A stretch of DNA of 64,000 nucleotides from Octopus sinensis (taxonomy: Eukaryota): contig NC_043015.1 of assembly GCF_006345805.1 (NCBI RefSeq), forward strand, positions 6,138,001-6,202,000, in the 5' to 3' direction. The notes under the pieces were generated by a model. That model was not told the DNA's origin, searched no databases, and worked only from the letters and a program-made list of their open reading frames with translations. Each line of letters begins with the position of its first letter. Position 1 is the first letter of the stretch. The translations under genes and the position numbers were made by a program. Positions 51,336 through 64,000 of this stretch are shown here, in pieces.

Positions 51336-54125
51336 ATCATTCAAAATAAATTATGTTTTTTTCTTCGGTAAATAATTAAATAACAGCGTGAATTGGTAGC
51401 ATATTTCTGTTTACTTATGTTGGTTGTAATTCCAATGCAACAAAATTTGAATGCGATTTCCTATGTCCGGTCTCTGCTTCTTGTATTGGATTCTAGCCAG
51501 AGGAAATATTCTGTGCTCAAGGAAAAATATTACGTCTAAATTTTCGGTGTAAACACTGTAAACACACTGTGCTAAGAACGTAGTTTCAAAAGGAAGCCTT
51601 CCTATTCGAATCTTACGCTGGATATTCTGTTCAGTATAAATACAACATACTGACGTATATCACAAATAAAAGTGATCGAAACATAGAGTAGCAGCAGATG
51701 TAAACAAGAGAAAAATATGAAAACTTGCTTCGATGCCAATTTTTAGATATATCATAAACTTTTGAATTATTGTATGTAAAATATCACGCCGCAAACGGAA
51801 GGATCTTTACGAATATATTTGATTCCGTTATCAAGATACAAATAAAGTTATCAAACCGTCACTCTTTCCCTTTCCAGATGTGCACGTCTTCGTACACATG
51901 TGGCCTGGAGTGTTTTTGATCATCAGGTCATGTTTTCAACCCTTTAAATTACTGTTCTCGTTGCTGTATTCTGTCATAGATGCCAGCCTGGTGCTTGTTG
52001 AACCAGCATTTCATCTGGCTGATACAATTTTGTTGTTCAGCAGCCAAGCCAAGGGAAACTACTTCTAGAGGGTGTATATATCTGCTCTGGTCAACACAAT
52101 CACTACAAACATTTAGCATAAACAGGATATGTGAGGCCAAGCCAAGTTAAGCATACACAAGAGGGATCGTAAATGTCTAAATAATAGACATTACCTCAAA
52201 CGTCATGCGCAGCAGTGTACGATTTTTACGTACTCGACGTGATAAATGAGAGTAATCCCTCTCCCGAACTAAATTAGTGAAACATTTGAAGATTGCGAAA
52301 TACCCTGTATGAAACCTGAGGTAGCATAACAAATAAAATATACAGGATATATGTGTGTGCGTGTTTGTGTGAGTGTATACTTAAAATTACATGCACCACA
52401 CACACGCAACGGACACACACAAGTGAGTTATTTTCCTGGTCGTTCGACTTCCTAGAAATAGATGTCAAGCTTGAAGTTATAGCAGATTGACTTAAATAGT
52501 AGGACACAGTTCATAACACATAACAAGATTTCTAGATTAACTGCAAGAAATTTACACAGAATTTTCACAGGAAGTTGGTTGAATGTAGATCTCCTCGTTT
52601 CGAGCTCAACTCTAATTTCATACAATCAATGCGCAAATGTATATTATATACTGAAACACAGTACATATAAAGCTGTATCAAATATTCGCATGTGTGTATG
52701 TGGGTGTGTTTGTGTGTGTGTATGTGTAGGGAGATTATATACATAGAGAGAAAAAGGGGGAAGGAGGCGTGTGTCTTACCCTTAAAAACGTGATATACAT
52801 GACAATCAAAAGAATATGACATGAAAGGAAAATGCCATGCACAGCCATATTCACAGACGCTGAAATACATACATATATGCATATATACATACATACGCAT
52901 ATTTTATATATATGTATATATGTAAAATCACACACACACACACACACATATATAAATATGCACATACATATACATAGATACAATCAAACATACATACATG
53001 CATACACCACATACACACATATATACATACATACATATATACATACATATATACATTTATACATACATGCATACACATATTTTTATATATGTATATATAT
53101 GTAAAACCAGACACAGAGACACATATATAAATATGCACATATATACATACACATAGATACAAGCATACATGCACACATACATACATACATACATGCATAC
53201 ATACATTCATACATACATGTATACGTACATACATAAACAGACGTGTAAGAGTCCATGTATAAATATGGATATTTGTTGGAAACAGAAACCGTGCATACTG
53301 AAGCATTTCCGTATCAGCTTTTAGTTGTGCCAACTAAGCGTTAAGTCTGACAAAGAAAGAGAGACAAAGAGAGAGTTAGAGAGAGAGAGGGGGGTGGAGA
53401 AAGTGAAAAAGAGAGAGAAAGAGAAAGAGAGTTAGAGAATATGATAAATGATGAACGTGATCTTTTACACCAGTTTTCTCAAAATACTAGTAATCCATTT
53501 CCGTAGATGCTTTCATAAGTTTCCACGAGTATCTAATTCCTTTGATGCCAATCGTAGTCTCGCTATACTTTGCCTGAACACTTTCCTCATTATTACCATA
53601 ACAGGGAAAATAAATGACATATCTAAACGTGTATGGAATTTCAGCCAAGAGAAAAGAGAAAAGAAAGAAAGAAAAAAAATCATCGATCCAAAGATATAAA
53701 TATCATTAAAGTAGTTATATGTATGCAGTCAATATCTGTGTAATATTTCACAATAAAATGATATCCCACTAAATGCTTATTGTATGATAAGCTTGTAAGA
53801 TACAAATGTTTCTTCTGTTATCAAATAATATATCACAAGTCATAAATTCGAATCACTTTCCCCGCATTTAGGCTGTAATCACCACTTTTATGAAGAAAAC
53901 CAGACTTAAATGTGTTGTGTGTGTGTATGTGTGTCTGTGTGTGTGCGCGGCCATACCATTCCGAGAGTGAGTGTGTCTACATGTATCCTTATCCACATAT
54001 CTACCTACAGTACACTCAAGCACCAGTATGCGTTTGAACATACACAGATTTACACACACATATATGTATGACTATGAGTATACGTATATATATACGATAT
54101 AACATAAATATATGTACATATGTAG

Positions 54126-54560
54126 AGGCGCAGGAGTGGCTGTGTGGTAAGTAGCTTGCTAAACAACCACATGGTTCCGGGTTCAGTCCTACTGCGTGGC
54201 ATCTTGGGCAAGTGTCTTCTGCTATAGCCCCGGGCCGACCAATGCCTTGTGAGTGGATTTGGTAGACGGAAACTGAAAGAAGCCCGTCGTATATATGTTA
54301 TATATATATATATGTATGTATGTGTGTGTGTGTTTGTGTGTCTGTGTTTGTCCCCCTAGCATTGCTTGACAACCGATGCTGGTGTGTTTACGTCCCCGTC
54401 ACTTAGCGGTTCGGCAATAGAGACCGATAGAATAAGTACTGGGCTTACAAAGAATAAGTCCCGGGGTCGATTTGCTCCACTAAAAAAAAAAAAGGCGGTG
54501 CTCCAGCATGGCCGCAGTCAAATGACTGAAACAAGTAAAAGAGAAAAGAGAAAGAGAAAA
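54126..54560 (+). mobile_element. SINE family A, full length, young
   Basis: GGCGCAGGAGTGGCTGTGTGGTAAG...GGTTCAGTCC...CTTGGGCAAGTGTCTTC...tail with (AAAGAG)n. Confidence 0.92.
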
Positions 54561-55324
54561 TGTATATGTGTGTTTGTATCTATGTATGTATATATATATA
54601 TATTATATATCCATGAGTGATATGTGTGTACCCATAAATACATTCATATACATTCAGATATACACATCTTTACTTCCTGGTGTTTTGTGTATGGCTCATA
54701 CATATTCATTCGGAACACCGGAATTTATGCAGACATTAAAATGGGTGTGTACGCATGTGTGTTTGAATATTTCCGTGTGTATATCATGCACACATGCGCG
54801 AATATATTAATGGACTTGGTGTTATGAACGCGTTTGTTTGTCGCTGAGTCTGTTGGTAAAGAAAAAGGCTTGGGTTTATTGACGGCAAAATAGTCAGCAT
54901 TTATCACACATGCTGAATAGCACGCGATTCCCCCCCCCCTTTCCAGAAAGATAATCATCAATGTTTGGATATTGATATAATAATGATGAGATATGCTTTA
55001 TTTTGAATACATGCATTTCAATGACTATATTTAGGGATATGTCACGAGTCAGGCTAAAAAGTAGGGCGCCTATAGAGACTCAAACTGGAATCACATACCA
55101 ATGCAGATACAAAATACAGAACATAGGCCGAAGAATAAAACGCATACAATTTAAGATGAATTGCGACAGACAAAAACTGAGATGTAGAATGTGACTAGTA
55201 AAGAATCAGATTGAGATTCAAGTGGAGTTGGAGAGAGAGAGAGAAAGAAAAAGGCAGAGAGAGGGTGAAGAGAGTATGAAAAGTGATAGAGAGAAAGACA
55301 GATTATTCAACACAGACACAAACC

Positions 55325-55544
55325 TATTTCCTTACTACCCACAAGGGGCTAAACACAGAGAGGACAAACAAGGACAGACAACCGGATTAAGTCGATTATA
55401 TCGACCCCAGAGCGTAACTGGTACTTATTTAATCGACCCCGAAATGATGAAAGGTAAAGTCGACCTCGGCGGAATTTGAACTCAGAACGTAGCGGCAGAC
55501 GAAATACTGTTAAGTATTTCGCCCGGCGTGCTAATAATTCTGCC
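55325..55544 (-). mobile_element. SINE family B, slightly 5'-truncated
   Basis: 17-bp TSD CAACACAGACACAAACC (55308, 55570). Confidence 0.9.
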
Positions 55545-56011
55545 ATGTATATATTTTACCGGTTTGTGCCAACACAGACACAAACCGGTAAAATATATAC
55601 ATGGATGTCTCATAGTCGCGCACCGAGACTATCCGAACATGAAGCTATGTATATATCTTCAGTTTCCACATGATATTTATATAACAAGGTAGCAAGATGG
55701 TACAATCGTTCTCGTTCGCCTTCCGGGTAAATTGCTTAGTGGCATTTCTTCTGGTTCCTTAAATGTATCCGACATCGACTTTGCGTTTCATCTTTTCCGA
55801 GGTCGATAAAATAACCCTGCCCCTAAAATGTCCTGCCTTGCCCAACAAAATGTGAAGCCAGAATAGATGATAACATACGTGTACACTGAAATTACTTTGT
55901 ATTGTATGTATGTACTTCTCTCTCCAGTTCTCTCTCTGTGTCTCTTCACCTCTGTCTTTTTCCTTCCATATATGTACACACACATACACACACACACACA
56001 CATGTTTATGC

Positions 56012-56410
56012 TTTTATTACCCACAGAAGGCTAAACATAGCGGGAACAAACAAGGACAGATAAAGGGATTAATTCGATTAAATTGACCCCAGTGCATAAC
56101 TGGTACTTATTTAGTCGAGCCCGAATGGATGAAAGGCAAATACGACCTCGGCGGAATTTGAACTCAGAAGGTAACGGCAGACGAAATACTGCTCAGCATT
56201 TCGCCCGGCGTGCTCACGTTTCTTATTTCTTTATTGTCCACAAGGGGCTAAAAATAGAGGGGAAAAACAAGGATAGACAAAGGGATTAAGTCGATTAGAT
56301 CGAATCCAGTACAGAACTGGTACTTAAATTATCGAACCCGAGAGGATGAAAGGCAAAGGTGACCTCGGCCGGATTTGAACTCAGAACATAGCTAACGTTT
56401 CTGCCAGCTT
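56012..56410 (-). mobile_element. Two tandem SINE family B copies
   Basis: Two tail-core units joined at ~56222. Confidence 0.88.
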
Positions 56411-56447
56411 ATATTTATACACACATTTTTATACACAGGTTTTCTAT

Positions 56448-56720
56448 AGGCGCAGCCGTGGCTATGTGTTAAGGAACTTGCTCCCCAACCACATAATTCC
56501 AGGTTCAGTCTTCCTGTGTTGCAGATTGAACAAGTGTCTTCTAGTATTGCCTCGGGCCGACCAAAACTTGGACTTAGTTCAATTGACTTGGTCGACGGGA
56601 ACTGAAAGGAACTCCACGTATCTGTGTGTGTGTCTTTGTGTCTAAACGACCCTCTCTCCACACCGCTTGACAACCGGCTTTGGTATGTTTACCTCCTCGT
56701 AACTTACCAGTTCCTCATAG
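56448..56720 (+). mobile_element. Diverged SINE family A copy
   Basis: GGCGCAGCCGTGGCTATGTG...CAAGTGTCTTCT...GGGCCGACCAAA...CGCTTGACAACCG. Confidence 0.75.
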
Positions 56721-59503
56721 AACTGTAGCACTTGTCGTCTACAATGCGGACACTTTTTTTTACATTACCTCAGCAGAAGCATTTCACATATTGCACATAT
56801 TTAAAGATTCATGGCGTTTTAAATCTAGTACTTTCCACTCTAATCGTTACATTTACAAACGCAAATTCTTTTCTTCAGATTGCTTTATAGAGTTTCTTTT
56901 TTTCTTTACATACATTTGGTAAATTTGTTCACATTAAATGCAAGCATTAAATTATGTTGATTTACTTAAGGAAATTGCACGCAACAAACTTCAATTTATT
57001 TTTGAAATAATTTACTCATATTATTTGTATTTTTAAATGTTTATTTTAAAATGAGTTGCGTAAACGTTACTCATTAAAAATATGTATATTTAAAGAAAAT
57101 TCTCATGTAAATTGTGTCGTTAAATTCTTTAAATTTTCTGAACTTAATTGTACCCTTTAAATATAATGTTTAAATTGTCTCCAGTAAATTTTACACTTCA
57201 AGGTTATTTTGTTTTTACTTGAGCACATTTGAAATTTCGTTTTTAAATTCCGTGTTACGAATTTATTGTTTATATTTTCTCATCTTAATTGATCTCATTA
57301 AATTTACTCCTGATATTTTATTTTTTTTTGCTTTCAAGTTTATATGATTTGTTGATATTTATAATAATTTTGAATTATGTGTGTACGATAACAAAGAATA
57401 CACTTTCTATGATGCAACGTGGATTTTTCTCAATTCTCTTTATGAGGCAATGTAATCTTCTCCATGAATATATTGCATATTTATTACATGCATTTATTCG
57501 AGTAAAACAGGTAGTACAACCACATTAATTTTCCGGGTTACAGAGGAAGAAATATGAGAAAGTGCACAAGTTTTCTCAAGTAAGAATGTGTTATAGAAAT
57601 ATTGGCTCAAGAACAGGTATAATAAAACATGCATGACTATACAAAATGAGGTATAGCAATATATAAAGAATCGATATAGGTACATTCTGACCAAACATGG
57701 TAAATGTTTTTCCCTTATTTCTTTATGTAGCGTTAGGACAAAGGCTGCGTGTATTTATACATTTGTTCAACCTTGAGTTAGATGAGTCTATATGCTTTGG
57801 AGTCACATCGAGAAGCGATACACTGGAGATCTACATGACCATAGCAGAAGTATACCATTCAATAATGATAAAAACACACAGACAACCAAAAATATTTACG
57901 AGGGAAGGCGCATTCCCATGTTAGATATTATGCTATATAAGTATTCTGAAATTCCCACACAATCTCCGAGACGAAGTACATATTCAATAATACATCCTTC
58001 GATACGCTGACTGAATCAGAGATCGGATGGTCCAACATGAAAACGCGTATGTTCGTATGATTGCCCTATCAGGCTGAAACTACTGCAAATAGCAGCAATG
58101 ACACGTGAAAGCTGTGTCCAGTATAGCTTTATAAATAAAAACGTATTTTTAGATACATTCTGTAGAATAATATCAATGATTTTAAGGCCAGATCTTAAGC
58201 CAGATAGTTCAGCAGTTGTGAAGTGGTAAAACCACAGTTCACACAATCGTTGACTCTAATATGAAGACACAACGGATGATTGTTATAAAGCTATTGTGCA
58301 ATTAAATGCATTTAAGTAATATCGGAAATAAACACTGCATGATGAATGCATTCATCTTTCACCTTTCTTGACAGATGGTCGCCATATCAAAATGATTTAT
58401 TCTAGCCCTTGCGATTAAATGGGGCAACAATAATGCTTTGGGTGACATAATTGATATAAACTTTGCCAGATGATGCGTCGTTATATATGACTTTATTATG
58501 GGCGTGTTTGTGACCTCTATAACTACACTTCCTTAAATAGTGCCAGAAGAGAAAGGCAATGCGTGCGTGCATATAAATATGCACATGCTTAACTGTGTAT
58601 TCATGCATTCACACGCATATATGTGTGTGTGTGTGTCTGTGTATGTATATATGTATATATATGTATTTATATTTATGTATATATACATATAAATGTGTCA
58701 GTATGCATGCGTGTATAATGTATGTATGTAAGTGTAAATGCATGCATGTGTCCATAGATACATAAATCCATATCCGCAGAAACATAGAAATAAAGGAGCA
58801 AGACATTAATTTAATATGCAGATATACTATACAGGAATTATATAATGAGGTGATTAATTTGGCATCTACGCATAAGATATTTGACAGATGCGACAATAAT
58901 AGAGATATTAACTTCGGTAACTTTGTGCTTCATACTTCTCAAGTCTTTTAGTGTCAGCGTCAATTTTTAATCTTGGAATTTGATATAATCAATAATATAT
59001 TGCAATCCATGCAATGAAAATTTCTCCGCTACACATGAAAAATAAAACATGATGCTACATAAAATCTTCTCTTCAAAAGTGTTTGAAATACGAATTTTCA
59101 TAAAATTAACATAATTCACCAGGAAAAAGCTTAGGTAATATTTTTCGTGCACAGAAATATTCCATGTATTGTATACACAGCAAATTCTAGCGATAGAATA
59201 GACGCTCAATATATAGTTCAGAATTTAGTGCAGTTAGTACATACCTGCTTTATTGATTAACGCACGTCGACATGGATTCTGGTGTCTTGGTACGATATCT
59301 AGCAAAAAATAATTTGTCACAATGCGCGTGTTGGTGGAATAGAAAACGTTTTTCCATATATTGCGGTGCTGGTATTTTAGTACGAAAATTTAAGCATTTT
59401 AATAAGTAAACCTATTTCTCACAGACATAAACATCATACTATTATCAGAATACAAAAAAGTCGAAATATTCGAAGGTTGCTTAGTAACTTTTAAACATGG
59501 CGA

Positions 59504-59505
<2 letters not shown>

Positions 59506-59564
<59 letters not shown>

Positions 59565-59636
59565 ATATATGTGTGTGGTGTGTGTGTGTGTGTGTGTGCG
59601 TGTGTATGTGTGTGTGTGTATATATATATGTGTGTG

Positions 59637-59668
<32 letters not shown>

Positions 59669-59705
59669 ATGTGTGATGGTGTGAGTGTATGAGTGTGTGT
59701 GTTTT
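59506..59705. repeat. (TA)n(TG)n microsatellite
   Basis: Directly visible. Confidence 0.9.
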
Positions 59706-60139
59706 GCCTCGGTTTGTAACTACATGCAAAGGCTCACACGCACACATGCAAATTATGTGTGTATACACACACATACATATGCGCACAGACAAGGACAAGC
59801 AGTCACACACAGACACACACACATACGCTCACACATACACATGCACGCACATGCCCACACACGCAACCATACGCACACAAATACATAGACATGTGCGCAT
59901 AGATAGAGGGATAAGAAGTTATAAGCGAATATAATTTTGAATTAGAAACGAATGAAGAAATATTTGACTTTTTGGTACGTGTATTGACTATATATTTCCT
60001 CGTTGGAGTTCTGAAACATTATGTAGACCGCATTGAAAAGCATACAGAAAAATATACGATTGTGTATAGAAACTAATTGGCACGCATACGCTCGCGAAAT
60101 ACTGCTTCTATCTATATCACCAAACATTTATTTGTATAT

Positions 60140-60440
<301 letters not shown>

Positions 60441-61147
60441 TCTACGTATCAATTTCTCTATTAGTCTCCCTTTTTATATACACACACTTTTATCTATCTA
60501 TGTACGTATATATATATATATTATATATATATGCATATGTATCTCTCTCTCTCTTTCTATATATATATACATATGTGTGTGTGTGTGTGTGTATGCTTAT
60601 ATGTATATATATCTATATACGTATAGAAAACCCTACGTTATGTATATAGAATTTTTTTGCATGTCTTTGATTATACATGTACTCACATATATAAATGTAA
60701 ATACATACATCTATCTCTCTGTCTATTTATATGTGTATGAGCATCTGAATGTTAGAGCTTTTATATTGTATGTGAGTTTCGTGTGCGGTGGGAATTAGGT
60801 ATTGGAAAAACTTTACGTCGAGTTAAAGTCAGTGTTCTTTTCTCGTTTCTTATTTTCTTATTATCTTGTTTCCATTGTTATTACCCTTCAGCTTCCTCTT
60901 CAGTTTTGCCATGAATAATACATAAATTGAACATTATTTAATAATCCGATTTCCGAGATATGATGCAGATTGGTCTCTTGAAATTTCATGATAAAATGCC
61001 AATCCCGTTCAAAGTATGTATCTTATGAGTTACTTGAATAATCCTTTAACATCGCATTACTAAACGGAAAAAAGTTGCGTATAAACAAATAGATGCATGT
61101 GCACACTCACTCATAGAGACATACACACATATACACATACATGCATG

Positions 61148-61201
<54 letters not shown>

Positions 61202-61364
61202 GAGAGAGACACATATATGAGTGCATGTGTATGTATATATATGTGCATTTATAAATACTTGCGTATACATGTATATACATTTGAGTAAGTTTGTGAATTT
61301 GCTTATGTGCTTAGATATATGTATATATATATATAAATACAGAGAAACAGAGTGACAGACAGAC

Positions 61365-61622
61365 AGATAGATAGATACATACATACATACATACATACAT
61401 ACATACATACATACATACATACATACATACATACATACATACATACATGCATACAGGCATACAGACATGCATATATGCATACACACATAAAAAATGTTTG
61501 TGTGAATGCATGAAACAATTTCATTTATCTAATTGTCAAATTCATTCTCTTCACATCCACGAAATTTATCAGCAGATTACGAAACATAACCTGAGTAACA
61601 GCTACCACTATTATTATTATTT

Positions 61623-61716
<94 letters not shown>

Positions 61717-61720
61717 CATT
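61365..61720. repeat. (TACA)n array (61375-61447) and (TAT)n array (61608-61716)
   Basis: Directly visible. Confidence 0.9.
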
Positions 61721-62371
61721 GTCTTTGTTGTTGTTGGTATTAATATTTCTGCTACTACTATTGCTTTTGTTGTTGCTGTTTTCGTTATGATTCTTGATGT
61801 TAGATATTTTTTTCTTTTCTGGTTGTTCTTATATGTATAATTTTTGGATGAGGACATTTATGGGAAAATCTATATCGATTACAAAATAACGCAATTTGCC
61901 TTTTCCGTTTTTCCCCGGCATCATTTATTTATTTGCTAAATTGTATCTATTTTAGAAGCAAATACAGTTATTATGAAGCTGGATTTGAAGGGAACTTGTC
62001 CTGATTGCACAGCCTCATAAAAATAACGGACAAATCCCCCTCCAATCTACTGTTTTAAAACACCAAGGCACTTTGGATGTTGCTGTCCAAATCAGCTGCC
62101 ATTGACTGGATCCACTTTTATCTGAAGTCTGCTCTGTCAGAGCTAAAATGCAATATGCGTTAAATGACTGTGGTTTGCAGAACCGCAAACCTACCGAGTA
62201 ATTTTCTTTTTCTTAATCATATTACATGCATGTCAACTATGCGAAACTTCGATCATTGTTCGTGAAATTAAAACACGAGTCACATAATCGCGTCAAATGT
62301 TTAATCGACTCCTCTCCGCTAAAAATAATTATCTTTTTTATATATATATATTTAAGAAATCTTATGAAACA

Positions 62372-62633
62372 TACGTGGTCTGATCATTAAGTATCCGGAT
62401 TATTACCATAGTAACGATGTTGAAGCAAGCAGAGTAAAGCTGCTGGGAACGGATTGAGCTCGAACGCTGTTGTCCATGCGCACTAAGTTTAAACGTCCTA
62501 CCTTACTTTCGCTGTTTACAGCAGTGCTTGAAAGAAGGCGTGTCGCGTGTGATCGTCGAATTGGACATGTCAGAGAGAGTTGAGCTGACAATCAAATTTT
62601 ACCAAAGGCTCGGCAATACCTGCTCAGAGGCCT
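62372..62633 (+). mobile_element. Mariner-like transposon 5' end (TIR, UTR, transposase N-terminus)
   Basis: TA-CGTGGTCTGATCATTAAGTATCCGGA terminus; ATG 62567 MSERVELTIKFYQRLGNTCSEA resembles mariner first HTH. Confidence 0.75.
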
Positions 62634-63013
62634 TCGTTGTTGAGACAGTCAAGGAGATCTTGGGAACTGAAGCACGCGTGTCCTACTGGTTAGATGAAAG
62701 CAGTTTTGGCGCCAACTTGGCAGACAAGCGTATCATACCCAAATCTTCAGTGATAACGGACTGAACTTAACTGTAACTAATCTGGCGATCTTCTGATAAC
62801 TCACGGATGGTGATTTGACGATTTCCCTTCAGAGCTGCAGGCAAATCTGCGAAGTTTTTCTCAGTTCTGCTGGTTGCAGGTCTCCCAGAACGTTCGTCAA
62901 TATCGACAATTTTCTGCAATCGTCGAAACAACTGATCCACTTGTGCACTTGTGTGTGACTCATACACTCTTCTCCTTACACTTTCTGCAACTTTGTGTAG
63001 GCCTCTGAACAGC
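62628..63013 (-). pseudogene. Mariner transposase fragment (HTH region up to WVPK-like linker), inverted
   Basis: EAYTKLQKV*GEECMS...DERSGRPATSRT...NRQITIRELSED...VITEDLGMIRLSAKLAPKLLS; stops and frameshifts. Confidence 0.85.
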
Positions 63014-64000
63014 TAACTTTGGAAGAAAATTATTATGACATAATATCTTCGAGAGAAAAGTTTATTTAATATCAATGCATTTAGAGATCAACACATTTGA
63101 ACATTCCAGGTACATTATTGCCATTTATGTAGAGAATTGGAATATTCAGTTCATCATTACGTAGAGGAATTCGTCTATCGAAGCAATTTATGTGTAGAAA
63201 TGTTGAAATATCTAAGTTAATTGTCTGCAGAAAAAAATATTATATTCAAATTAAATGTGATAAGAGAAATTTGTGTATTCGAGTTTTAAATAAAATTGTA
63301 TATGCACCTCACCTGTTGCTAAAGAAATTCTTTAATTAAAGTTAACATTGTAAAGTTAGATGTGTGTAATTAAATCAAGTGTGTGAGAAGTTAGAACATT
63401 CTCTGTTGCATTTCCATGTCTTTTAACTCTTTACTCTTAGCTCTTTATATATGCTTCCGCCTATGTTTTACTTTGTGTCACGGTCTTTGTCTGAATCTGT
63501 GTCTCAATATGTGCCTCAATATTTGTTTTCGGTATGTTTCTGATTTGTTTATATATATCTGTATCTTAATTTTCCTATCTGTCTCTATCCTTGCTTTCGT
63601 CTGATGCTGTGCTAACCTCATTCTCAGCACTTCTATGAGTATATATCTCAGGTTCTGGCTTGATATGTTTCTCATAAAATATTCTGAACATTCATCATGT
63701 AAATCTGTGACATATATGTGGTGAGTAGTTTCAATCTTAACCTTTTAAAACTCTGATATCTTCTCCTTCCTCTCTGGAAAATATTTTCATTTATAATTTC
63801 ATTGACGACATCGTTACTTCCTATCTAGTAATGGAATTAAACTTCAGTTAACTGTATCTATTGAACAAAACTTGGTGTTATTACATATTGACGGAAATGC
63901 CACATAATATATGGTAAACTAGGAAGTGCTTGATATTTCAATTGAAACTATATATGTTGCACAATCATCGCTCTACGATTTAAGCGTAAGCTTTCCTGAA

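Noticed and set aside
51108-51375. Poly-Ser/Gly/Thr/Asn or Ala/Pro low-complexity ORFs
   Set aside because: Compound trinucleotide repeat without splice or domain support
57790-58060. Possible PLE GIY-YIG end with CTGACTGA...GAAAACGCGT motif
   Set aside because: No convincing protein motif or stem pairing

Overview
Very AT-rich, microsatellite-saturated eukaryotic DNA. The repeat content suggests an octopus/coleoid cephalopod genome (inference), intergenic or intronic. No intact protein-coding gene is supported; nearly all listed ORFs are translations of (TA)n/(CA)n/(TAT)n/(TCTA)n repeats or of SINEs. The window holds four tRNA-derived SINE families (here A-D, several copies with clear target-site duplications), CR1-like LINE fragments, a mariner relic with an internal inversion, MITE/fold-back elements, a Helentron-like end and local segmental duplications around 40-47 kb. 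The most interesting signal is a set of small elements carrying minimal type I hammerhead-ribozyme motifs of the Penelope/retrozyme kind. These include a tRNA-headed SINE with a hammerhead tail inserted as an inverted pair (2955-3552) and a tandem ~358-bp-period unit joined to a ~200-nt hairpin (40520-41380). All calls were made by eye without database searches.
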